DNA of 64,000 nt from an uncultured Thermococci archaeon (GCA_964621955.1 CAZUMN010000002.1:4530-68529), one strand, 5' to 3'; shown: positions 45,095-55,292, numbered from the stretch's first letter. Notes: a model not told the origin generated them from the letters alone. Program-made: numbers and translations.

Positions 45095-46054
45095 ATAAAG
45101 AAAATAATAGTATCTATTTTTATTTTAGCATTGATTTTATCCTCAATGCCTACCTTCTCTTCTGCAGAAAAAATAAAGGTAATTTGTACGACAACTACAA
45201 TGAAATACTTTGTACAAGAGGTCGGTGGCGCCAGAGTAGATGCAATAGCTCTGGTACAGCCTGGGATATGTCCAGATCATTTTGACGTAAGACCCAGCAC
45301 TGTGTCTGAGATAAATACGGCATCACTTGTAGTTTACCACGGCATTGAGCCTTGGCTTGATAGTATGATAAATGCATCGGAAAATACAAATATCAAAAAA
45401 CTTATGCTTCAGGGCGCCTGGGGAACACCACCTCTTGCCAAAGCAAAAATTAATTCAATTAAGGATGCACTGATAGAGATAGATCCAAAGAACAAATCTT
45501 TCTATGAGAAAAATGCGGCAGAAGTTTCTCAAGAATTAGACGCACTTAACGAAAAAATAATGACAGAAGCAAAAGAAGTTGGAACTTCAGATTACAAGGC
45601 AATAGTAATGGCATGGCAAAAACCTTTCTCAGAATGGATAGGGCTAGAAGTTGTTGAAATATACCCGCCACCTGAAACATTATCAGTCCAGACTGTTCAA
45701 AATCTTGTTGTCAAAGGAAAGGATGAGAAGGTCGCATTTGTCATTGACAACCTTCAGAGCGGAACTACTCTCGGTGCACAAATGGCCGATGAAATCGGTG
45801 GGAGGCACTTAGTTTTCTCTAATTATCCTGAAGCAATCCCAGGTACAGATACAATAGCAGAAATGATCCAATACAACGCAGACCAGTTATTTGGATCAAT
45901 AAAACAGGCTCAAAACGAATCAAAAGAGATAGCTCAGCTCAAATCAGACATTTCTTCAATTTCAAATCAACTAGTTATATTCAAAGGGATATCTGTAATA
46001 TTGTTAATTATAACAATAGCTTTAGGGGCAATGCTCTACAAGAGAAAAAATTAA
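45095..46054 (+). CDS. ZnuA/TroA-like metal ABC-transporter substrate-binding protein with C-terminal TM anchor; probable non-canonical start
   Basis: KVICTTTTMKYFVQEVGG...VQPGICPDHFDVRPS...VYHGIEPWLD. The track start is TTG at 45131, which truncates the signal peptide. The in-frame upstream sequence reads (ATT ATT ATA) KKIIVSIFILALILSS after GGGGGCGAT. The stop bounding the frame is at 45080-45082. Confidence 0.65.
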   Translation: MKKIIVSIFILALILSSMPTFSSAEKIKVICTTTTMKYFVQEVGGARVDAIALVQPGICPDHFDVRPSTVSEINTASLVVYHGIEPWLDSMINASENTNIKKLMLQGAWGTPPLAKAKINSIKDALIEIDPKNKSFYEKNAAEVSQELDALNEKIMTEAKEVGTSDYKAIVMAWQKPFSEWIGLEVVEIYPPPETLSVQTVQNLVVKGKDEKVAFVIDNLQSGTTLGAQMADEIGGRHLVFSNYPEAIPGTDTIAEMIQYNADQLFGSIKQAQNESKEIAQLKSDISSISNQLVIFKGISVILLIITIALGAMLYKRKN

Positions 46055-46067
46055 TTTTTTATTTTTT
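46055..46067 (+). terminator. Oligo-T tract (T6-A-T6) directly after the stop; candidate archaeal intrinsic terminator
   Basis: taa-TTTTTTATTTTTT. Confidence 0.35.
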
Positions 46068-46120
46068 AAAATCCGAATTATTTAAATATATGATCTTCAT
46101 TATCTATTTTGGTGGTAAAT

Positions 46121-46474
46121 ATGAAGAAGATTTTGATTGCTATACCTATACTATTGCTAATATTCTCTCTAGGATGTACAAGCAATGCGGCAATTACAAT
46201 GAAATTTCAGCCAATGCAGTGTGAGGCAACACCGTGGGAAAAATGGTATGCTGAAGGTGGCATACAGTTTATCAAAGCTCCAACAGACAGTGAGCTCATA
46301 ATTGCATACTACAGCAATGTTCACAAGATAGAACTTACTGAAGTCAAGAAGGTAGAATCGGGTAATGCAGTATGCGAAGCATGCAATGTTTGCCCAACAA
46401 GTTACTATTTTTCTGCAAAAGTCAAAAATTCTGATTCAGCTAAGATGACAGAATCAAAATGGATAAAAATTTAA
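46121..46474 (+). CDS. Hypothetical lipoprotein-like protein
   Basis: GGTGGT + 4 nt + ATG. MKKILIAIPILLLIFSLGC is a lipobox-like signal. Confidence 0.5.
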   Translation: MKKILIAIPILLLIFSLGCTSNAAITMKFQPMQCEATPWEKWYAEGGIQFIKAPTDSELIIAYYSNVHKIELTEVKKVESGNAVCEACNVCPTSYYFSAKVKNSDSAKMTESKWIKI

Positions 46475-46538
46475 TTATTCTTTTCTTTTTATAAAAAAAT
46501 TAGTTACTATTTATAAGGCAATTAATCTATGTGATTTT

Positions 46539-47621
46539 GTGAAAATCACAGTCATTGGGGCTGGCCCGGCGGGGCTATTAGCTTCTCATTTACTTAAAAA
46601 AGCAGGACATGAAATCAGCATAATTGAAGAACATAAAATAATTGGAAGGCCTGTTTCATGCTCTGGATTGATTGGGAAAGATTATTTTGATCACTTTGAC
46701 AATTTCAATTTTAAAACATCAATACTAAACCGAATTGACGGTGCTATAGTAAATTTTGGGAACGATTCATTTGAACTTAAAAGAAAAGGCGTATCTTACG
46801 TAGTTGATAGGTCGGCGTTTGACCAAACACTTTCAAAAGGTCTTGAAGTTTCTTTAGATGAAAGGTTTCAATCATTTGATAGGAACAAAGAAAAGATTTC
46901 CATAAAGACAAACAAGAGGAAATTTAACACCGATTTGCTTATCGGCTCAGATGGGCCTTCATCTAGAGTCAGGGCTCAAGAATTTGATTACAAGCTAAGA
47001 TACTACAAAGGGTATCAGGTAAGGATTAAAGCTGATTTGGATCTAAATAATTTTGTTCAAGTTTATTTAGAAAAACCTTTTTTCACTTGGATTATCCCAG
47101 AAGGTGGTGGGATATACAGGATGGGCACTGTTTCAGACAATCCTAAAGAAACCCTTAGGAAGTTTATGTTCGAGAAAAGCATCAAAGGAGAGATAATTGA
47201 AGTTCAGGCCGGCGTGATACCTGTAGGCAGGGGAGATGTCTACAAAGATAGAGTATTCCTCTTAGGCGATGCAGCGTGTCAGGTGAAGCCTTTATCAGGC
47301 GGCGGTGTGTACTACGGGGCTTTAGCTTCAGAGTCCCTAGCTAAATCAATAATATCGGGTAAATACAATGATTATCCCTTAATGTGTAACAAATTAATAG
47401 GAAAGGAAATATCCTGGGGTTTATTCATGAGAAAGATCTATGAAAATCTAAGTGAAAAGGAACTAAACAAGATATTTGATTTTCTCAGATCAAAAAAACA
47501 AATCCTTAATGAAAGTGGAAGTTTTGATGAACATTCTAAGACTATTTTTTCCTTGATAAAAGACCATAATATCCTATCTTTTTTACCTGTTTTATTAAGG
47601 GCATATATCAGAAGTCTCTAA
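46539..47621 (+). CDS. Geranylgeranyl reductase-family FAD-dependent oxidoreductase
   Basis: MKITVIGAGPAGLLASHLL...GSDGPSSRVR...LLGDAACQVKPLSGGGVYYG. Confidence 0.8.
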   Translation: MKITVIGAGPAGLLASHLLKKAGHEISIIEEHKIIGRPVSCSGLIGKDYFDHFDNFNFKTSILNRIDGAIVNFGNDSFELKRKGVSYVVDRSAFDQTLSKGLEVSLDERFQSFDRNKEKISIKTNKRKFNTDLLIGSDGPSSRVRAQEFDYKLRYYKGYQVRIKADLDLNNFVQVYLEKPFFTWIIPEGGGIYRMGTVSDNPKETLRKFMFEKSIKGEIIEVQAGVIPVGRGDVYKDRVFLLGDAACQVKPLSGGGVYYGALASESLAKSIISGKYNDYPLMCNKLIGKEISWGLFMRKIYENLSEKELNKIFDFLRSKKQILNESGSFDEHSKTIFSLIKDHNILSFLPVLLRAYIRSL

Positions 47622-47653
47622 AACCTTTTAAACAATCTATATTCATTTGTGAC

Positions 47654-48832
47654 ATGAAATACATAGTGGTGTGCGGAGACGGAATGGCAGACTATCCTTT
47701 AGAAGATAAAGGAAACAAAACAGTTCTTGAGCTTTCTGAAATCCCAAATATCAACATGATTGCAAAGGAAGGTGCCATGGGGGAATTAAAAACAGTGCCC
47801 AATGGATTTGAAGCAGGTTCTGACGTTGCAAATCTTTCAATTCTAGGCTACGACCCTAAACAGTACTATACCGGCAGAGGACCTCTCGAGGCATATAGCA
47901 TTGGCATTGAACTCGAAGAAGGCGATATAGCATTTAGATGCAATATTATAACAGAGGAAAACGGAATTATAAAAGATTATTCTTCAGGCCACATCACAAC
48001 ACCCGAATCAACAGACCTCATAAAAAAAGTTTCTAAATCATTTGATATAGGGAAATTTTATCCTGGAGTAAGTTACAGACATCTATTTGTCTATAAAGGA
48101 GATAATAGCTTTGTCTGCACACCTCCGCATGATGTAGTTGGGCAAAAAGTATCTGATAATCTAATCAAAGGTAAAAATGCAGATGTACTGAACAAGATGA
48201 TGCTTGACTCCAAAAAGATATTAATGGAGCACCCTGTCAACAAAAAAAGAATATCTGAGGGTAAGAACCCAGGAAACATGTTATGGCTTTGGGGCCAGGG
48301 CAAGAAGATACCCATGGAGCCATTTTCCCAGAAATTTGGGATGAAGGGCGGCGTAATCTCTGCTGTTGATCTAATAAAAGGGATAGGATACGGTGCAAAA
48401 ATGAAGGTCATCGATGTCCCTGGCGTAACAGGATTCATCGATACAAACTATGAAGGGAAAGCAGATTATGCTGTAAAAGCCCTAGATGATATTGACTTTA
48501 TCTATATACATGTTGAAGCGCCAGACGAAGCAGGGCACTCCGGAGACCTTGAAATGAAGATCAAAGCAATTGAAGACCTTGACAAAAGAGTTGTCGGAAG
48601 ACTTCTAAATAAACTTGATGGAAAAGGCTTTGGCTATAACATAAGTATAGTAGCGGATCACCCGACACCTATTAAGCTAAAGACACACGTGTCAGACCCA
48701 GTACCGTTTGCAGTTTACTCAGAAAAAATTCAGAAAGACAAGACATCTTGTTACAGTGAAAAAGAAGCAAAAAAAGGTAGATTCGGCTTAATCAACGGAA
48801 GTGAATTTATAGGACTTTTAAAGAAACAATAA
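47654..48832 (+). CDS. apgM: Cofactor-independent phosphoglycerate mutase, archaeal type
   Basis: MKYIVVCGDGMADYP...GSDVANLSILGYDP...HVEAPDEAGHSGD...ADHPTP. Confidence 0.88.
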   Translation: MKYIVVCGDGMADYPLEDKGNKTVLELSEIPNINMIAKEGAMGELKTVPNGFEAGSDVANLSILGYDPKQYYTGRGPLEAYSIGIELEEGDIAFRCNIITEENGIIKDYSSGHITTPESTDLIKKVSKSFDIGKFYPGVSYRHLFVYKGDNSFVCTPPHDVVGQKVSDNLIKGKNADVLNKMMLDSKKILMEHPVNKKRISEGKNPGNMLWLWGQGKKIPMEPFSQKFGMKGGVISAVDLIKGIGYGAKMKVIDVPGVTGFIDTNYEGKADYAVKALDDIDFIYIHVEAPDEAGHSGDLEMKIKAIEDLDKRVVGRLLNKLDGKGFGYNISIVADHPTPIKLKTHVSDPVPFAVYSEKIQKDKTSCYSEKEAKKGRFGLINGSEFIGLLKKQ

Positions 48833-50155
48833 TTACTTTTTTGTTTCTTTTTTGCTTTCTTTAGATTTGTCACTTTCTTTTCTAATAGAAGCCCTAACCA
48901 TCTGGATAACAGAGCTATTTATCTGGTATTTCCCCTTTTCACTTGTCAAAATACCCATTGCAACTAGCTCTTCCAGTTTAGTATACTGCTTTGTCACTGA
49001 CTCTTGGGTGTCCTTTGCAAGCTGGATGTATGTTACTGGTCCTCCGCCATACTTTTCAATTATTATTCTAACATCTTCCCTTAAATCTGAAGGAACTCTT
49101 CTGATGTATTCTTCAACTGATGATGGCCCAGTTAAAACCTTTGCAAGATACCTGTCATCTATAAATTCCACAAAGTTATCCCTTGTGGCTGTAAACAATG
49201 TTGTGTGGAGGAGCTTTAGCAGTTCCCTTGGATTTCCCTTTGCCATGCTGTTTGCAAGAACTATGGCGCTTTCCTCAAACGGGTAAAGTGGATTAATTAT
49301 TGATTTTCTCCTGTTGTACTCAAGTCTCTTCTGGACAAGTTTTATTGCCCTCTCATCAGAGAGAGGTTCTGAGAACAGTTCATTATGGAGTCTTGCTACA
49401 AAGGCAGGATTAATTTCCCTTATCCTCTCATAAGCATTATTGGTGCAGGCCATGATAAAGACGCTTGATTCAGGCATGTTGCTGATGAATTCCCTCAAGA
49501 ATTCAAAGAAAAGAATAAGGTCAGTATTTGAAGCCGTCAGGATGTTTTCCATTTCGTCAACTATGAGCGCAGACCTCTTGTATTCTCCTAAATAATCTAT
49601 TAACTGATTTCCAATGTCTTGGGAATTATAATTTGCCCTTGTAAGTTCAGAATCTTCGTATTCTTCTACAACGGGCGCAGCTTTTTCTCCTCTTGAGAAG
49701 AATCTCTTTATTTTCTGGAAAAATGAAAGGTTTTCTTCTTGATAGGGCTCTGCATAAGCTTCTCCCCCAAGCTCAGACTCTTCAGCAACTTCTTCAAGAG
49801 GTTGTTGGGCTTCATCTTCATAATCAGAAAAATATGAGAATATATCAAGTGTTGTTTTAATAATATCATTTGAGTCAATCTTTTGGTAGATTGACATTCC
49901 TCCGGACTCTTGTATGAGTTTATGGACTCCTTTTAATCTCTGAGTTTTTCCTGATCCCAAAGGCCCAACAAGTGAAAGTGCTATCCCTGAATTTTCTCCA
50001 ATTACATCAGAAAGAATATCTGCAATACGAGAATCTATCTCTTGAGAAACATGAATCTTTTCGATATCCCTTATAGCCTCAGATGATAGATCTGTAAAGG
50101 GGTTTTTTTCTAGTCCAAATCTCTCATATGAGGAAGAAACATCTATCTTAAACAT
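48833..50155 (-). CDS. ORC/Cdc6-like AAA+ ATPase with acidic insertion and C-terminal winged helix
   Basis: N-terminal NPFTD. Walker A GPLGSGKTQ. Walker B ALIVDEMEN. Sensor-2-like AKGNPRELLKLLH. C-terminal wH GGPVTYIQLAKDT...LEELVAMGIL. The motif order is the same as in the island ATPase. Confidence 0.65.
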   Translation of the reverse strand: MFKIDVSSSYERFGLEKNPFTDLSSEAIRDIEKIHVSQEIDSRIADILSDVIGENSGIALSLVGPLGSGKTQRLKGVHKLIQESGGMSIYQKIDSNDIIKTTLDIFSYFSDYEDEAQQPLEEVAEESELGGEAYAEPYQEENLSFFQKIKRFFSRGEKAAPVVEEYEDSELTRANYNSQDIGNQLIDYLGEYKRSALIVDEMENILTASNTDLILFFEFLREFISNMPESSVFIMACTNNAYERIREINPAFVARLHNELFSEPLSDERAIKLVQKRLEYNRRKSIINPLYPFEESAIVLANSMAKGNPRELLKLLHTTLFTATRDNFVEFIDDRYLAKVLTGPSSVEEYIRRVPSDLREDVRIIIEKYGGGPVTYIQLAKDTQESVTKQYTKLEELVAMGILTSEKGKYQINSSVIQMVRASIRKESDKSKESKKETKK

Positions 50156-50300
50156 AAGTATCCCATTATTACAGTTATTTATTAAAGATTACCATCTTTA
50201 TACATAAGTTTGATTTATATTAAAAAATAATAATGTAAAAAACTATTTAAAGATTTCGGTAATCGTCTTTTTCTCCTTTATCTAATAAATATTTCAGTTT

Positions 50301-50861
50301 ATGGAAAAAGTTATAAGTAATTTTATACTCTTTTTATTAATGGCTTCTATAGAAACCCTCTTATCTCAGTATTGGATGATAATATTTTCAGCATTAATTG
50401 TATTATTAGTGTTACTAATTTTCCTTGTTAGATTTATTTCCAAGAAGAAAAAGGGTCAATCGGGAATTCCTGAGCATAAAGCAAAAGAAAAAACATCTAT
50501 CTTTAACATTGGCAAAGAAAAGACATCTGAATCAGAGGTAAAAAAGGAAGAACCAATAACACAAAAATATGACGTATCTCCCATAAATATCCCAGAAGCA
50601 GTTGAAACACCAAAAGTTCAAGAGCGAAGAAAGATTAATACTTGGGCTGACTTTGTCATTGAAATCGATAATTTGACAAATAGTCTCGTAGACGCTAAAG
50701 CTCATGAATACTTCAAGATGAGCCAGATGTATCGGGATTTAACTAGATTCTATTTTGATAATATACAAAACCCCAACATTGGAAAAGCTGACATGGACGA
50801 CGCTTGGAAAAAACTTGAAGCGTGTTACAGCAGAATTCAAAAACTTTTAGAAAATATTTAG
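50301..50861 (+). CDS. Hypothetical membrane protein
   Basis: The N-terminal TM segment is MIIFSALIVLLVLLIFLV. No motif recognised. Confidence 0.45.
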   Translation: MEKVISNFILFLLMASIETLLSQYWMIIFSALIVLLVLLIFLVRFISKKKKGQSGIPEHKAKEKTSIFNIGKEKTSESEVKKEEPITQKYDVSPINIPEAVETPKVQERRKINTWADFVIEIDNLTNSLVDAKAHEYFKMSQMYRDLTRFYFDNIQNPNIGKADMDDAWKKLEACYSRIQKLLENI

Positions 50862-50869
50862 GTGTTTTA

Positions 50870-52732
50870 ATGAATAAAAAAATATTGGCAATTTTTTTGC
50901 TTAGCATACTATTCACTGGTTTGTTGCCAGTTTTATTATCACAAGAAGATGGAAAATCTATTACAATTAAGGTACCGGCAGTTAAAAGGACAGATGCTGG
51001 GCTAGAGGGTGCAGTTTTTGATGCCACAGTTCTAGTAAAACCTGGTACTGGAAGGGTCTTTGTTGATACCTGGCCACTTTCTGAACTTGATACACAGGCT
51101 TCTTGCAGATTTGCTTCTGTAGTTGCTTCAGACATACTAAAGGTACCACATTCAAAATACGATTATTTTTATACAATTAGGGCAGATTCACCCATAATTG
51201 GTGGTCCTTCGGCCGGAGCGGCACTTACTATAGCCACTATAGCCTCAATTAAAGGGCTTGATATAGATCCAGAGGTCATGATGACCGGTATGATCAATCC
51301 TGACGGTACTGTAGGCCCTGTTGGGGGTATATTGGAGAAAATAATGGGTGCAAATGCGAAAGGAATAAAGGTATTCCTTATACCAAGTGGCCAATCTGTC
51401 ATCCAAATAATTGAAGAGGATAAAATTGATACTGTTAACGTAATTGAGCATGCAAAGAGTCGTTGGGGGATTACTGTCATTGAAGTTGACGATGCAGTAG
51501 ATGCACTATGGTATTTTACAGGGTATAGGATAAAAGAGGATGAGCCTCCCGCTAACGTTGTTGTAAATACTGATTTTGTCAAATCACGAGCACTTTCTGA
51601 GTTTGTCGTGGTAGAGAAACTTTCTATGACTACAAGCCATAAACTAAATTCTGAAACTATAGGTTACAGAGAATATCAAACACTAAATGATTTCTTAACT
51701 CGGGCAAATTCAAATATGGAAAAAGCTAAAGAAAATCTTTCCGAAAAGAGATATTACAGTGCCATGAGCAATATCTTTAATGCTAAAATACAGTTGAACT
51801 ATATTAGCGACTCAATAGATGTTATGGTAAATAAGGATTCAACTATTGTCAAAAATAAGATTGAAGCAGCCCAAAAAGAATTAGAAGAAGCAAATCAACT
51901 AATAACAAATGAATCGGCAAATATCCGAGGTATTACTTCATTTGAATGTCTTGCGGCATCTGAAAAAAGAGCCATTGAAGCTGAGAATTTAATAGCAGAT
52001 GCTTGGAAAAATTTCTACAATCAAAAATATTACGATGCTATTTACTATGCAAACTTTGCCCAAGAAAGAGCAAAAACTGCAAAATTGTGGATGGATGTAA
52101 GCAAGGAAAATTCCAAAGGGGAAACTATAATTGACGAATCACATATAAAGTACAATGCAAGCCAGAGAATTGAGGACGCAAGACTAAGTCTTGTTTACGC
52201 ACAAACTTTAATTGGTCAAAATACATTGCTTACCCAAAGTGCTGAGTTACTCACAGCAGCTGAAAATGAATATGAAAAAGGAAAATACGCAGCCGCTATT
52301 TTTGATGCCATTGACAGCAAGGTGAGATCTAGTGTTTCAATTGAACTATGGTCTTCAGGAGAAGAAGTCATAAAAGAAAGACTCGAAAGGGCAAAACAAC
52401 AAGCTGGAGGAGCAATCTATCTTGCAAGAAAAGATGGTGGGGAGCCTTTAATGGCTGAAAGTTACTTTGAATATGCCTCTACATTTGAAGAATCTGATAA
52501 GATAGGCTCAATAATTCTTTATAAATACTCTAAAGGTGTGGCATTTGCACTTAGATTCTTAGAACCTCTAGAAGAAGCGTCTCCTCAACAAGAAGTACAA
52601 ATTGAAAAATCTTCAACTGTCACAACAACTAAATCCTATGCTTATGTGGGATACTTTATTGGGGGATTGTTAATAGGTTTAATAATTGGCGGGATAGCCA
52701 TATTTTATACAAAAAGAGGAATTTATAAATAA
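50870..52732 (+). CDS. Secreted/membrane-anchored S16 (Lon-type proteolytic domain) serine peptidase with large helical C-terminal region
   Basis: Signal peptide MNKKILAIFLLSILF. Lon_C-like IIGGPSAGAALTIATIASIKGLDIDPEVMMTGMINPDGTVGPVGGILEKIMGANAKGIKVFLIP. C-terminal TM segment YFIGGLLIGLIIGGIAIFY. The ATG at 50870 is preferred over the GTG at 50822. Confidence 0.7.
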   Translation: MNKKILAIFLLSILFTGLLPVLLSQEDGKSITIKVPAVKRTDAGLEGAVFDATVLVKPGTGRVFVDTWPLSELDTQASCRFASVVASDILKVPHSKYDYFYTIRADSPIIGGPSAGAALTIATIASIKGLDIDPEVMMTGMINPDGTVGPVGGILEKIMGANAKGIKVFLIPSGQSVIQIIEEDKIDTVNVIEHAKSRWGITVIEVDDAVDALWYFTGYRIKEDEPPANVVVNTDFVKSRALSEFVVVEKLSMTTSHKLNSETIGYREYQTLNDFLTRANSNMEKAKENLSEKRYYSAMSNIFNAKIQLNYISDSIDVMVNKDSTIVKNKIEAAQKELEEANQLITNESANIRGITSFECLAASEKRAIEAENLIADAWKNFYNQKYYDAIYYANFAQERAKTAKLWMDVSKENSKGETIIDESHIKYNASQRIEDARLSLVYAQTLIGQNTLLTQSAELLTAAENEYEKGKYAAAIFDAIDSKVRSSVSIELWSSGEEVIKERLERAKQQAGGAIYLARKDGGEPLMAESYFEYASTFEESDKIGSIILYKYSKGVAFALRFLEPLEEASPQQEVQIEKSSTVTTTKSYAYVGYFIGGLLIGLIIGGIAIFYTKRGIYK

Positions 52733-52742
52733 AAAATATTAT

Positions 52743-53858
52743 TTAAAATTCTATTCCTCTATCTTTTGTTCTTATTGTTCCTTCTAGGGTTACGCCGCCA
52801 CCTATCTTTATTGAGCCTCTGTATTCTATTCCTTCGATGATATGTGTTCCATCCATTAAAGTAACTGAACCATCTGAAAGAATCTTGCTAACATTACAAT
52901 TGTGACCTATTGTAACATTTCCTTTTGCTTTGATTGTCTTCGCATCGCTGTTGGCACCTAACACGACATCTCCATCTGAAACTACATCTTTCATTACTTT
53001 GCTGTTCTCGCCAATTGAAACATTTCCATTTGCTTCAAGTTTTGTTTTAATTATAGCTTCACTGCCTAAGAATACGTCTCCGCCAGCAATAAATTCGCCG
53101 CCAATTTTTATCCTTTCTCCACCTTTAATGTCACCGGTGGTTTTGATTGAAACAGGTATGACGCTACCGTTTGAAATAAAAGCATTGCCTGCAAAAATCT
53201 CTTCCCTGATTTCGGCTTCTTCACCCATTATTAGGGATCCGTCACATTTTACAGCTCCCTGGACAGTGGTCCTATCGCCAAGTGTAACATTCTTTCCGGC
53301 TATTATATCTCCTTTAATAAGGGCATCGTTCTCAATCTTTACGTTCTCTTTAGTTTTCAGTCCACCCTTTACAATTACGCCTTCACTTATTTCAATGTCC
53401 TTCTCAAAGGCATCCAAAACTATTACTTTACCTCTTTCTGTTTCTTCCATCTGCCTGTTGAGTTCTTCGTTTATTGATTTTACCCTTTCTAGTTCTCTCT
53501 GAACATCTTCGATTAACTCTTCTTTTTGTCTTATCTCAATGATTTCCTTTGATCTCTCGTTGTTTAATTCGCCTTTGTATTTGTCTCTTTCCTCACTTAT
53601 CTCTTTTATGACATCGTGAGTTCTTTCTTCAACTTCCCTATATTTATCTTCAGCTTCTTTTAGTTTACCCATGAAGTCCTGATTTTCTCTGGTAATCTTT
53701 TCGAATTTTTCTTTGATGATCTCTATGTTTTCGTATTCTTCTTCATAAACCTTAAGTTGCATCTTGAGAGCCCTGTTTTCCTTTTCAATTTCTTCTATAT
53801 TCTGCGTGAGTATATTCAATTTTTCATCTTTTTCACTACTACCACCAAAAAGGCCCAT
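52743..53858 (-). CDS. Coiled-coil protein with C-terminal bactofilin-like beta-helix repeats (putative polymer-forming cytoskeletal protein)
   Basis: The N-terminal 140 aa are an E/K/R-rich heptad-like coiled coil. The C-terminal repeats are GDIIAGKNVTLGDRTTVQGAVKCDGSLIMGEEAEI...GDVFLGSEAII...GNVSIGENSKV. Confidence 0.55.
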   Translation of the reverse strand: MGLFGGSSEKDEKLNILTQNIEEIEKENRALKMQLKVYEEEYENIEIIKEKFEKITRENQDFMGKLKEAEDKYREVEERTHDVIKEISEERDKYKGELNNERSKEIIEIRQKEELIEDVQRELERVKSINEELNRQMEETERGKVIVLDAFEKDIEISEGVIVKGGLKTKENVKIENDALIKGDIIAGKNVTLGDRTTVQGAVKCDGSLIMGEEAEIREEIFAGNAFISNGSVIPVSIKTTGDIKGGERIKIGGEFIAGGDVFLGSEAIIKTKLEANGNVSIGENSKVMKDVVSDGDVVLGANSDAKTIKAKGNVTIGHNCNVSKILSDGSVTLMDGTHIIEGIEYRGSIKIGGGVTLEGTIRTKDRGIEF

Positions 53859-53921
53859 TTAAACTCCTCCTAATATATAATAAAATGCCGATAAGCAGTA
53901 TATATATCTTTTTATTTAAAT

Positions 53922-54320
53922 CTATTTCTCATATAATTCTAATAGTATACCATGAGTGCTTTTAGGGTGTACAAAAGCCATTTTAGACCCACCTGCGCCT
54001 TTTCTTGGAGTTTCGTCAATAAGTTTTACTCCTTTTTCTTTCATAAATCCTATGCTTTTTTCTATATTATCAACTAAAATCGCAATGTGGTGTATCCCTT
54101 CTCCTCTTTTTTCTATAAATTTTGCAACTGGCCCATCTGGCGAAGTTGGTTCCAAAAGTTCAAAATGAACTCCCCCTATATCAAGGAATCCAACCTTGAC
54201 TTTCTGCTCACTGACTTCTTCTATATTGTCCACTTTTAATCCAAGAGCATCTTCATAAAAACTCAATGACTCTTCTAAATTATTCACGGCTATCCCGATA
54301 TGGTCTATTTTTTTTATCAT
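53922..54320 (-). CDS. mce: Methylmalonyl-CoA epimerase (VOC/glyoxalase fold)
   Basis: [23 protein letters not shown]...HFELLEP...[17 protein letters not shown]... Confidence 0.85.
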   Translation of the reverse strand: MIKKIDHIGIAVNNLEESLSFYEDALGLKVDNIEEVSEQKVKVGFLDIGGVHFELLEPTSPDGPVAKFIEKRGEGIHHIAILVDNIEKSIGFMKEKGVKLIDETPRKGAGGSKMAFVHPKSTHGILLELYEK

Positions 54321-54329
54321 TAAAGCACC

Positions 54330-55292
54330 TCAAATAAACTTTTTTAATCGCGGAATTAATTCTTCAATAATCATGTAAGGGTCTTTTTCTTTATTTGCTA
54401 TCTTTTTAGCAAGTTCTTCCATTTCTTTTTCACTTATAGTATTGTACAGATTTTTAATAAATAGATTCTGAAGTATATTCACTAATTCTGTTTTACCTCT
54501 AATTATCCTCTTTTGCTCGTGGTGCCCTGATTCAATTAAGTACTTATGATGATTTTTTATTGATTCATAAAGGTCATTTGTGCCATCATCTTTATTCCCA
54601 AATGTTTTTATTATGGGCGGGGCCCATCTCCCTTTTTTCTCTGAAAGTTCTAGCATCATTCTGATTTCTATTATACATTTCTCAACGCCCTCGATGTCAG
54701 CCTTATTGACGGCAAATATGTCACCTATTTCCATGATTCCTGCTTTCAGCGTTTGGACGCTATCCCCCATACTTGGGACAGAAACAACAACAACTGTATC
54801 GGCTACCTTAACAATATCAACTTCTACCTGCCCTGCACCAACTGTTTCAATTATAATCACATCTTTTCCGAAGGCGTCAAGTGCTTTGATTGTATTACCG
54901 GTCGCTTCGGAAAGCCCTCCAAGATTCCCCCTAGTTGCCATACTTCTAATAAATACATCTTTGTCGGTATAGTGTCTTTTCATTCTTATTCTGTCTCCAA
55001 GAATCGCCCCTCCTGTGAAAGGGCTCGTAGGGTCAATAGCAATAACCCCTACTTTAAGGCCATCATTTCTGTAACAGGATACTAACTTATCAACAATACT
55101 ACTCTTACCTGAACCGGGGGGTCCAGTTATCCCTACAATATGGGCATTGCCAGTCAAATTATGTATTTGAGGAATAATATAAGCAGAAGAAGAGGAATCA
55201 TTTTCCATTAATGTAATAATCTTCCCAAGTGCCCTTCTTTCTCCTGAGCTCATGCGTTTTATTAGTTCATCAAATGAGTTCATTTTAGGCAC
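54330..55292 (-). CDS. meaB: Methylmalonyl-CoA mutase-associated GTPase MeaB/ArgK
   Basis: GITGPPGSGKSS...IAIDPTSPFTGGAILGDRIRM...ETVGAGQ...NKAD. Confidence 0.9.
   Translation of the reverse strand: MPKMNSFDELIKRMSSGERRALGKIITLMENDSSSSAYIIPQIHNLTGNAHIVGITGPPGSGKSSIVDKLVSCYRNDGLKVGVIAIDPTSPFTGGAILGDRIRMKRHYTDKDVFIRSMATRGNLGGLSEATGNTIKALDAFGKDVIIIETVGAGQVEVDIVKVADTVVVVSVPSMGDSVQTLKAGIMEIGDIFAVNKADIEGVEKCIIEIRMMLELSEKKGRWAPPIIKTFGNKDDGTNDLYESIKNHHKYLIESGHHEQKRIIRGKTELVNILQNLFIKNLYNTISEKEMEELAKKIANKEKDPYMIIEELIPRLKKFI

Noticed and set aside
48833-52732. ATPase plus Lon-like protease as a BREX-like (BrxC + BrxL) remnant
   Set aside because: The S16 protein has a signal peptide and a C-terminal TM anchor and lacks any ATPase domain, so it is extracytoplasmic and unlike BrxL. 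There is no PglX or PglZ, the GC content is native, and the genes are divergently oriented.
52930-53502. 190-aa plus-strand ORF
   Set aside because: It is antisense to the coiled-coil/bactofilin gene. The repeat structure of that gene keeps the opposite strand open, and the product is a Ser/Pro/Phe-rich low-complexity sequence.
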